From NCBI GenBank assembly GCA_964188305.1, contig OZ076885.1: a stretch of DNA of 64,000 bases, one strand, 5' to 3'. Source of the DNA: Podarcis bocagei (Eukaryota). Each line of letters begins with the position of its first letter. Position 1 is the stretch's first letter. A program made the translations under genes and the position numbers. The notes under the pieces were generated by a model. That model had not been told where the DNA came from and did no database searches. It saw nothing but the letters and a program-made list of their open reading frames with translations. This document shows positions 37,701 through 49,700 of this stretch, piece by piece.

Positions 37701-40700
37701 TGCCTTATACCAGAACAAACTATTTGTGCATCTAGTCCTCTGGCCCTCTAGATGTTATTCTTGGGCTCCAGATCCCATCAGCCCCAGCCAGCTTGGCCAG
37801 TGGTCAGGAATGATGGGAGTTGTAGTCCAACAACATGTTCCTTCTGGATAGCTCAGTCGGTAAGCATGAGGCTTAATTTCAAAGTTGTGAGTTCAAGCCC
37901 TACGTTGGGCAAAAAAAACCCTGCATTGCAGGGGATTGGACTAGATGATCCTTGTGGTTCTTTCCAACTGTACAATTCCATGATCTGATAATTCTATGAA
38001 CACCTACAGAACCACAGGTTTCCCTTCCCTGATACAGTCCAGAGCTATTTACTCTCTTGCCATGGCTCTCCGGGATCTTTCCCATCTTCTCCTATGTGAT
38101 ATTTTTAATAGGATATGCCAAGGATTGAATATATCATCTGCATGCCAGGCATGGGCTCTAATACTGAGTTATGCCCCCCCCATTACGTGCATGCACCACG
38201 TGTGTGCTACAGACATTGGCTGACATTTTAGACCTTTCCAGCTTTTTGAGTAGGAGCCAGGGTAGCTGCCCATCTGTTCTCTCCAATCTCTGGCCTAGTC
38301 ACTGCTGTTTCCTCTGCATTCTTTCAGCCCCTCACAAAAAACGAAACCCCTCTCACAAGATGTGCATTATTTCCTGCTATTGTTCAGAGTGGAATGTAGA
38401 TACTTTGAGAACTTCCTTCTTAAAATAAAGCAAGAAACACAGAAGTGTGCAAAAGTGAATTTTTTTTGGGGGGGGGGAGGCATCCAGACAAATTTCAGAC
38501 CTCAAACAACTAGCCAGGTTTAAGATGTTGTTGTACCTCCCAATGTTAGTCACTGCATTGAATGCGGTACAAAAGAGCAGTGTCTTTAACATTTAGGGTT
38601 TTGCTGTGAATGCTTCTTTCAGTTTAGCATTTGGGATTCACATTCATTGAAATAAAAATATCATCTCCATCTCCCCACCCTGTTCCACCCAGCCTCCCAC
38701 CCTGGGAGATCCTCTCTCCCCTTGCCTCTCACGCAGGGCCCTTCGTTTTCCATCCATCACTTCCCTTTGTGTTAATACAAGCTAGGAAACTTCAAAAAGC
38801 AAAGCATAAACTCTTTCTCTTTCTCCCCCTCCACTCCAGGGATTCCTTTAGTATAGGTTCCCTGCCTTATGGAATCCTATCTCAACTCCCTGAAGGCGAC
38901 CACTGGAGGCTACTTGGCCCCCAGACTTTCTTGACCAACACCTACTACTTCTCTTCCTCCCCTTCTGCATTATAGCTTCCCACTCGCTTTCCCCTCCATC
39001 CTCCATGCCCTTATTTCCTTCCTCCCAGCCTCTTCCTTTTGCAGCCTCTCCACTCTTCCTTGTCCTCGAAGCTATCCCCTCTATCTGCTTTCTCTCACTC
39101 TCTCAGTCTGGGACTCTTCCAGGAAATGCCGCCAGCTGCCTTTCTTTTCTTCAGCTGGGTGCATTCCTCTGCTCTGACTGTGTCACATAGGCTAATAACT
39201 GTAACTGTAACCCATGCTGTTTGGATATCATGCTGTTTTTCGCGTTTCATTTTTGCCAGTAATTGCCAATATGGAAATGGCCAATCTTAGAGGGAGGGTC
39301 TGTGGAGGGTGGGGGTCACAAAGTATCAAAACCATCACGTTCCAAATGCATCTCTGCAGTTAAAGCGGAACTGAAAGTTGTATAAACAAGACAAACGCAT
39401 ATAAGGATTCTCTCGTTTTTTTCTGTATAAACACCTCTAGTACTTAAAACACATACATATGAATATGTCTAGCTTTCTCTATGTATCATTCTCTTTTCTT
39501 GCACCTGCACCCCTATTCCCCCCCACCCCCTCACCCTTGGTAGAATTGTTCAGCGAATGCTACCACAATAGTGAAGACCGAGCTTTTGCTTTGTTGGTGA
39601 GGAGGAACCGGTACTGGAGCAAAACAACTTGTCTCCACTTGGCTACAGAAGCAGATACCAAGTCTTTCTTTGCTCACGATGGGGTGCAGGTGAGTAAAAC
39701 CCAAGGGTGGTCCTCTTCGAAAGTTGTTACCAATGCTGATTCAAAGTTGGGAACAAGAGAGTGAGATGAATATCCTCCTCTGAGTCAATGAAACCAGAAG
39801 TTAAGCGTGGCCCAAGAAAATTTTCTAATTTAAGGGGGTCATTGGAATTCTGGTTTTTCTTCTGGTATTATGTTCAGTAAGGGGCGGGGAACCTGTAGCT
39901 CTTCAGATGTTGTTGGACCCCTGGCCACTTGCCTTGCTGGCAGGGGTTGATTGGAGTTTTAGTCCAACGATATCTGGTTAGTGTATTTACTTGTATACTC
40001 ATTGTATTGTGTCAACGCTGCATCCTTTGTCCTAAATTCCAGGCTTTTCTAACAAAGATTTGGTGGGGAGATATGTCAACATCCACCCCAATCCTGAAGC
40101 TGATCTGTGGATTTGGGTGCCCTTTCCTGATCTATACAAATTTGATATCATTCAGGTAAGAACCATAGGGACCTTTTGCATGGGAAGAAGAGTGGGAAAC
40201 AGGTAGTATTTGACAACAAATAGTGGTGACAAAAAAATTTCCTTCTTTAATCTGAAAGCAGAATGAGAGGCAGAAGTTCAGCTAGTGAGGGTTCTCCCAG
40301 ACAGGGCCTGAATACTGCAAACAGGTTATTCAGGTATCACAAGCTGCTCACTGGCAGCAGTTTTAAAAAGAAGTATTGGGTTTTCCACAGAAAGAGTAAA
40401 CCCGGATTAAATTGGGAGCAGAAGTAGACTGGCATAGTGTAGACACTGTGGAAAACACTGTAAGCACCCTTTAAATCTCTTCCTTGAATGCAGATGTGAT
40501 CATGTAGGAAGTTGCACCAGTTTAATATCTGCATGTCATGCTACTTTTTCAGTCTCTACCATAGAGAAAAAAGGTGGCAACTGTTTTCAAATCCCATATC
40601 TCAGAAGTATGATTATTCTGCCCAAATGGAAGAATGATGGATACTTTGTGCAGATTCTTAGGCTATCAGTGTCTGTTTTTCACTCTTAACAGCATACTAG

Positions 40701-43700
40701 GTGCCAGACCAGACATTACAGTGGTACCTCGCAAGACGAATGCCTCGCAAGACGGAAAACCCACAAGACGAAAGGGTTTTCTGTTTTGGAGGCGGTTCGC
40801 AAGACGAATTTCCCTATGGGCTTGCTTCGCAAGAAGAAAGCCCATAGGGAAATCTCCGGGGACCTCTTTTAAATGCTGGTGGTGGGGAGCAAAGCCTTTC
40901 CCCCCCTCCGGCCTTCAGAAGAGGTCCAGGAAGGCCGGCGGGGGACGAAAGGCTTTGCTCCCCACCGCCAGCATTTTAAAAGCAGTCCGGGATAGCAGGG
41001 AAGCGCTTCCCGCTATCGCGGACTGCTTTTGAAGGCAGGCGGGGGGGAGCAAAGACTTTCGCCCCCCGCCCGCCTTCAGAAGAGGTCCAGGACCTCTTCT
41101 GAAGGCGGGCGGGGGGCGAAAGTCTTTGCTCCCCCCCTGCCTGCCTTCCCGGGAGAGCGGAGAAAGGCAGCGCGTTTCTCCGCTGTCCCGGACGGCTTTT
41201 GAAGGCGGGCGGGGGCAAAAGTCTTTGCTCCCCCCTGCCTGCCTTCCCGGGAGAGCGGAGAAAGGCAGCACATTTCTCCGCTGTCCCGGACGGCTTTGGA
41301 AGGCAGGCGGTGGGGAGCAAAGACTTTCGCCCCCCGCCCGCCTTCAGAAGAGGTCCAGGACCTCTTCTGAAGGCGGGCGGGGGGCAAAAGTCTTTGTCCC
41401 CCCTGCCTGCCTTCCCAGGGGCTTTTACATCGCCCCGGACAGCGGAGAAGTCCTCCGCTGTCCCAGGCGATTTTAAAATGCCGCCCGCCAGCATTTTAAG
41501 ATCGCCCCGGACAGCGGAGAAGTCCTCCGCTGTCCCGGGGTTTTTTAAAATGCTGGGGGTGGGAAGAAAAGCCCTTGCCCCCTCCCCAGCCTTCAGAAGA
41601 GGTCGGGGGACAGACTGTCCCCGGACCTGGTCTGAAGGCGGTTTCCATAGGAACGCATTAATTGATTTTCAATGCATTCCTATGGGAAACCGTGCATCGC
41701 AAGACGAAAAACTCTCAAGAAGAAAAAACTTGCGGAACGAATTAATTTCGTCTTGCGAGGCACCACTGTATCTCAATTGCTTGTACATTCTCATCTATCA
41801 ATGTCTATCAGCTCCTGGCCTCATCTCCTTCTCTTTTGTAAATATCTAGATTCTAGAACGTATTTCAGTCTGATCCACAAACTCACTTAAACCAAAACGA
41901 ATGAAGGAAAGACACATTTATGACACTAGGCTGGAGTTTTAACTGGATTATGTGTAAGGTCTCCCATGTCTCTGCCTCTGAGTAGATTCAGTTTAGTTAG
42001 TATCTATTAACTATATCAGAAGTATTTAAATGAAACTAAGGCGACAGGCTTTCCAGTAGGATAATTTTGTGTCTTACTGGAAAGCCAACCTTCCTAAATA
42101 TTACAGCATTCAAATCAGAAATTCATACAAAGTAGTCAAGTGTCACTTCTAAATGTTAGAGAAATACATTGCATTTTATTCATTTCTCCCAGGGATGAGG
42201 AAACTGTAGCCCTCCAGATGTTGATGGATCATGACTCGGATTAGTGCCAGGCAACATGGCCAATGGGCAGGGATGATGGGAGTTGTAGTCCAACAACATA
42301 TGGAGAGCCACAGAATCCCTGCCCCTTTTTAGCACTTTAAACTCCATCTTACGGGGTGGTGGAGAATCATCTCTATGATAAGTGAGAGCCAGAAAATCAC
42401 AGAAATCCTTCGAGTTTATGTGGAGGGGAACCAAAGGAACACCTAGAGAGAGATCCTAATATAGCCTCTGTAGTGATCTTCAGTTGAACATGTGGAGATC
42501 AGGAGCAGGTATGGTCACATGACCCTGCTCTCCCCCGCCCCCTCCCCAATGACCAAAGGACAATTGCAAGTGGTTTATGCTACCTTACCTTGATGTATCA
42601 AGCTTAGCTCAGCACTGAAAGTCTCCCCTCACCTCAGGAGTGGAAAACTGCTTTCCAATATCTTTCAGTAAATCAATTCCTTTGCAGTGAGGAAACACAA
42701 TCAGCCCAGGAGCCAGAATCATGCAAAGACCTTGACAGCCCGGATTCTGAAAGGACATTGCTTTTCCCCAAGGAAGTAGATAGGTAAGATTGCAATGTAA
42801 TGTTATTTGGAAGCTTCAAAACAGAGTAACGAAAGAGAACATTTCTTGGAGATTAAACTGAGGTTAAACCAGAGGTGGGTAGGCAAAACCACAAGTTAAG
42901 GCTGTGCACATCTTACCTTTGATTCCTGCTGCTAGTGTCTGAAGCCATGTACACAAGACATGTATCCTGTACCACATGTAGCCACAAGCCTTTCCATCTG
43001 ATTTGAAAATGTAAGCCGCTGTTAAGCTGAGGTGTGTACATTTGAGACATCCATGTTAAGATGAAAGCTTAATTGAATAGGAGTTGAAGCGGGGCAGTGG
43101 GTGCTGGTATGAGGAAACAAATCTGGTAATGTGCATCAAGTGAAGAAATCCTTGTCTCCTTTCTGGTGTGTACAGAGAACATGACTTTAAAAATGGGAGG
43201 GGGGGCGAGAGCAGACAGGGGTGGGATGACCATGCACAGTACTTGGCCCTATAAGAACATTATAATATCTTGAACATTATAAGGATATTTATCAATACTC
43301 TAGCAGCAGCTGTGCACTTGCAGCCCTCAACCAAGATTGAGAAATTGCCTTGAGGATCTTAAAATTAAAAAATCCATCCTAGCTGGGCTAACTTTAAGAT
43401 CTGGTGCCTCAGATTGCAAGCCTGTAAGCCTGAGTGCAGAGTCTCCTTTTTTACTGAACTACAAACCACGCTACAGATATCATCATCAGCTGGAGCGGGG
43501 TTAAAAATGCTAGAGATAAAGAATAGTTATGCTCTGCAGTATGATAACTGACGGGCAGTTTAGTGCAGATAATAGAAAACCACTTTCCACAGATATGCAA
43601 AATCAACTTGTAATCATTTAGTTGACAGATTATTCCCACGCAAGTGGAGCCATTGTGTAGTGTACTTGATAGATGGATCACACGAAATAATATAAAGTTG

Positions 43701-46700
43701 TTTCTGTATGAGTCTCTCGGGGGGGGGATAGTTTAGTCTATCACTGGAGTCAATGGGAGATGCAGAGTTAATTTCAACAAAGCCAGGATTTCATTAACTT
43801 GTCTTTCCAAAGTTGTATTGAATATTATTCTTGCTTTGATGAGACAGAGAATAAATAAACATTACATATTAATTTCCTCTATTGGGAGTTTGGAGCTGTA
43901 GAAGTTTAAATAACAAAATACAATAGCAGCACGTTGTCTCAATAGCTACACTCTAGTAACTAAGGGTGGTAGTCAGCTAAGTTTTACTGAAAGTAGGCCC
44001 ATTGAAATTAATGGCCCTTGGGCATGCTCATTAATTTCAAAGGGTCTACTCTAAGTAAAACTCAGTTGACTACCACCCTTAATGTTTATTGAACAGTCTG
44101 GGGAAAGAGAATTTTCAGGATCTCCTTGGACAGGAAACTGGAAACTGATGACAATCACAGTTCAATTCAGAAGTAAGTTCAATTGAATTCTATGGGGCTT
44201 ACTCCCAGGCAGTTGAGCATAGGACTGCTGCCTTAGCCTGTGAATCTGACAATCAAGCTATAAAATTGCTTTACAGACCACTGCTCAGAAATGCAAACAA
44301 AACAGTATTTTCTTTCTCTTTTTTTCAGGGGAGACGCCCAGTTAGAAACCCAAATTGCTTCTGAAAATATAGCATGTGCAACATTTGTGTTTACACAATG
44401 GAAAAAATTCTGGACTGCTCCTGTCACAGTATTTATGGGGAATGTTATCATGTACTTTGCCTTCCTCCTTCTGTTTGCCTATGTCCTCTTAGTGGATTTT
44501 AAACCACCCCCACCAAAGGGCCCATCCATCCAGGAGATTGTACTTTACTTTTGGGTTTTTACGTTGGTCTTGGAAGAAATCCGACAGGTGGGTAACCTAC
44601 ATTATGGCTCTCAGCTACCCAGCTAGATCTTACAGGTTGAGGCTGGGAATTCACGTGTGCAATAGACACATTTGTGCACGACCAAAATCTTCTTCCACCT
44701 TTACTGGCCACGTTCTATCAGTCAAATTGTTTCCCTCTACCATTTGCTCAAGCAAGCAGCTTGAGCTACAGCTAAGTCCCCACCAGCCATCGGTGCCCAT
44801 TAAAGATGTATTGTTAGCTATTAAGATCTATAGAGCCATGAAGTAAAGGTAATTTCACTCAACACAACAACATTCTTGTTGACATTTCTAATTCAAATTA
44901 CTTTTGGAATGCTAAGTTAATGATGGGACATGGAAGTGTGTAACATACTAAATGATAAATGCTGTTAACTTACAGAGCTTTTTCACTGATGAAGATATGA
45001 ATTTAATGAAAAAAATCAAGTTGTACGTAGAAGATAATTGGAACAAGTGTGATATGGTGGCCATCTTTTTCTTCATTGTTGGAGTTACCTGCAGGTTTGT
45101 GGTTTTGAGAGCTTCATGTGTGTGGTACCATGTATGTATGATATATAGTGTTCCATAAGCAAAGTTAATGAAATAGATCTAAGGGAGTCGACTCATATTT
45201 TCTCTTTTAACCCCAGAATGTTTAATTCAACCTTTCAAGATGGCCGCACAGTACTTGCTATTGATTTTATGGTGTTTACTCTCAGACTGATTCATATTTT
45301 TGCCATCCATAAGCAACTGGGCCCAAAGATCATCATTGTGGAGAGAATGGTAAGTACAAGATTTCACATGGACATGAAAACCAATGATTTACAGTATTTC
45401 CTAAACCAAAGGAACAAACACAGGCCTTCTGGGTAGCACTATTTTCATCGGAGAAATGTTGGAGGGTATAGTGAAGTCTGCATGTAGGGCATGTAGTTTT
45501 TACCTGAGTGGAATGTAAGTGGTCAAGCAACCATGAGTGTGTGCATGGACTTGTGATTACACAGTGAAACGTGGAAGGCACTCTGCACATTCTCAAAGAC
45601 ACACTGAAATCCTGCTGGGGGAGGTTCCCCATGCCTGTAATAGTAATAAAGTACTCTAATGACATGGACTGAATTAAACAGCAAGAAAGAAACCTTGCTC
45701 AACTGCTTGGGAGCAGTTTGGTATCATTTAATTGACAGTTCACTGTATCATTATGGCAGACATGTACCACAAAATTACCCTCCCTAGAGGCCCGGGCCTT
45801 GGTTCCATAAAGAAATGAGAAGTCCTGTCAAGAAGTAAATCTCAGTCCCTTAATTATCTCCTTTGTACATTCCTAATCTATGTCTTGGTTTCAGACTATG
45901 TATTCCTTTTACAGATGAAGGATGTTTTCTTCTTCCTTTTTTTCCTGAGTGTATGGCTCATTGCCTATGGCGTGACCACACAAGCCTTGCTCCATCCTGA
46001 CGACAGTCGAGCAGAATGGATCTTCAGAAGGGTGCTCTACCGCCCCTATCTTCACATATTTGGACAGATTCCGCTGGATGAAATAGATTGTAAGGTTAAG
46101 GAATTAAAAGACCTATTGTTGCTGTTGTTTTAGACTTGGATGACAAGAGAAAGCAACCATGGCATCGTTTCTACAATTAGCATGGCCCCCAAGCACTGCT
46201 GTGCTCTTGTTCCACAAATGTTCCCGAGATCACCATCTGAGGCCCTTCTTTGTGTGCTCCCCTCCACAATACATCTGGAGGGTGGCAACACAAGAATGGG
46301 CCTTTTCTGTACTGGCTCATTTGTGGAATGTTCTCCCCAGGAAGGCTCACCTAGTGCCATCATTATGTATCTTTAGGTACCGGGCAAAAACTTTTCTCTA
46401 TAACCAGACCTTTGGCCTTTAACTACCTGTGGCCTTTTAGTAGTGGGTGGGATGTTTTTAATATATTTCTTTTCTTCCTTGGTTTTAATGTGGGTTTTTG
46501 TTTGTTTGCTTGTAAGATGCTTTGGGTTCCCATGGGCAAGATTTAATAAATATTAATGATAATAGTGTTCCCACTAAAGCTGAGCAGTACTGTAGATTTG
46601 CCTTTATGAGTGCACAGCGGCGGGTGGAAATGTTTACCTCTAGTCGGAAAAGTTCCGCCTTCTGATTTCTGCACATTACACTGGTGTTCAAGGCCAAGGA

Positions 46701-49700
46701 GGCCAGGCTATTTTAAACAAATTTTGTTCTCAAACCTAATGCTGCCACATGTCGTGAACTCCCCTCTCCTTTTGCTTTAAACTGTTTTAATATTGTATTT
46801 TAATGTTGTAACCCACCCTGGGACTTTAGGGTGAAGGACAAATAATTAATAATAGTAAAAATAATAAGAGATTTGCATTATATAGATATGTCATTTCTGT
46901 CACTGAATATGTGTGTATGTGTCAACTATATTTGTAATGCTTGTTCTGCTAATTGTTAAGGTAATCCGTTATTCTAATTATGCAACAATGCAAAATCAAG
47001 CACACCTCATGGTACTGAAGCTGTGAAATTGCAAAAAACAAAACAAAATTTTTTTTTGCTTATCTGCACAGCAGAAAGAGAACAGCCTCAGCAATTAACA
47101 GGTCTAACAATCAGTAGCTTCCCAAAGTGACAATTGCTTTGTTTTCAATCCATTACAGCATCTCGCATGAACTTTGAAAATTGCACACCGAGCCCAATGG
47201 CAAACCTGACAGATAATGCATCGTCGTGCCCAAATGCCTATGCCAACTGGCTTGTCATAGTCCTCTTAGTCATTTTCCTGCTGGTTACAAATGTACTGCT
47301 TATGAATCTCTTGATTGCCATGTTCAGGCAAGTACTTTTTTTCCTGCCTGTTATAAAAAGAGGGAAGCGCATACAACAATCGCTGGTTAAATGTACGAAC
47401 AATAACAGCATAGACATGGACAGTCATTGATGACTGTCTTCATTTTGCACATAACGAGTGCAATCCAGAAAAACACCAGAGCCCCATTGGCATATTAAAT
47501 GATGTGCTTAATTGCCATTGATTTCATTGGAACTTAGAGGCGCCCAACTTTCTCAGCAGGAGAGTTGTTAATACAGTCAGTGTGATTCACAAGCCATTTA
47601 AAATGGGTTTCAGCTGATTTACTTCAGAATGGGCTGGAAAACGTAATTGCTTTTTCCAACTATAGCCAGAACATGACAAAGAAAGCAATATCTTCATTTC
47701 TAGTGCAGAATTCAATTAAATATATACAAATTATTTAGAACAGGTGGGAGAGGGGCAGCTTTCTCTTTCGCTACGTGCATATAAAGGGTCTAATAAGTCA
47801 GGGCCCAGTATGGATAAACATCAACACTATTACTCTGTAAAGATTTTAATACATCTGAAGACAATGGGTTCAGGCAACCTATGGGTAGAACACCTATGGA
47901 ACTTTCCTGAAGGGGACTTTCCTGCTGAAGGAGGACATTTTCACCAATTCCACATTTCTTCTATGGTCCATCATTTCCCCTCCCTGAAAACCTGCTCTGG
48001 CAGGTGGCTCTGAGGGCTGGAATGGGGGAACCCAGCAGGGCGGCCCCACAGCTTCTTGGCCCCTGCCACAAAGGGAAGAAAACCTTCCATATATGAAAAG
48101 GCAAGTCTGGATCCAATTGGCACATTTTATAATCTTAATAAGACTGCACACATTTTGTACCTCCCCATGTGTGTACATGGTGGAATAAAAGTCAAAGTCT
48201 TGCCTACTGTAAAGCTGAGTGACAGCCAACCAAAAACAAAAGCATTAAATACAGGCTAAAGTAATCTACAGGTGCTTTAAATGAGTTGTTTCCAACTGTA
48301 AATGTAGGTACGCAACACATTTGGAAAGACGCTACTTTAAAAGCCCCTAAATAATGGTTGTGGAATTATTATTATTTTTAAGAGCTGGTTCATGCAGCAT
48401 TGGGAGATAGTTCTTTGTTGCTTCAGACTCCTCCTTATATCCCTGCCCAGTTACAGGGATCTTTGGAAGAGTCTCTGTTAATGTTCCATCATGGCTCAGA
48501 TGGACTGCTTATAGACACCAGAAGCTGTGCATTCTGTATTTTGGAAGCAATTCTGTGGAACTCCTTCCTGGCTGAGATTAGACCAGGCACCTCCTTGCTG
48601 AGCTTCACATTCTTGCCAAAAACCTTTCTATTCCAGCATCAGCAGGGTATCACAGGGAAAGTTTTCTGTCTTGGACTCATTTTGCTTGATTTTATCCTAC
48701 CATATATTTTTGTCACGATGTGCATCGTTAGAAACTTTGGTGATTAAGCAGTATGTAAATGGCTTAAAGAAATAAATATGAGATTTTATTGATGTGATTC
48801 TCCCCCCTCCCTGTTCAAGTTACACTTTTCAGGTGGTTCAGGGAAATGCAGACATCTTCTGGAAATTTCAGCGTTACAACTTGATTGTGGAATACCACGG
48901 CCGACCTGCGTTTGCCCCTCCCTTCATCATTATTGACCACATTAAGCTGTTTCTTAGACGGATCTTTAAAAAGACAGAGCACAAAAAAGAGCATCTGGGT
49001 AAGCTGTAGAGAGGTAATGGTAAGATGTTCAGCACAATCTGAGGGTCCACACATGCAGGATGATTCTCAAACGAGTATGTGCACTGCCTCCATTAAAAAA
49101 CATTACCTTTTAAGCAATGTGAACTGATACAATAGTTCTGCTCACTTCTGACTGAAGCTGCTTTCAAAAAAAATCAATTTTGTGCAATAGCAATTAAATG
49201 TTCTTTCTAAATAATTAATGTCAAGTTACTAATATTTTTTAAAGGATACAGATTACTGAAGAAGATAGCACTCAGCATTAGAAACTACAGCTCTGTCTTT
49301 AATAATTTAATATTTTTAGCATTCCAGAAGTTTGATTTTGAGTATTAAAGAAAGGGGAATGGGCATACTTTTATTTGCAGTGGTCTCATGGATCCATTCT
49401 AATACTGTAGATGATTGGAGCTATTACCTCTCACAGCTCCAGTTATATCAAGTGTGCATGTGAAGGAGCTCTAGGAGTGAATACAAACCTTTATGACATA
49501 TTCAAGATTTTCTAGCTCATCGCCTTGAACTAAGTATAAATGAACAGCAATAATTTTTTTGCATGGAAAATCTGATTCACTAGGCTCTGATCTTCCTTTC
49601 TTCTATTCCACAGGTTGGCATTCCCCAACCCTCATACTTAATTGCATTGTGATGTTTTGTTTCTTTTACTATAGAAAGAGATCTGCCAGGAGGTCTGGAT

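Noticed and set aside
37843-37915. Possible tRNA-Lys gene
   Set aside because: The anticodon arm is degraded and it is fused to a CR1-type tail, so it is a SINE.
40634-41890. Several overlapping 100-216 aa ORFs on both strands
   Set aside because: By-product of GC-rich palindromic repeats in a non-autonomous transposon; no transposase motifs, and the same peptide words occur on both strands.
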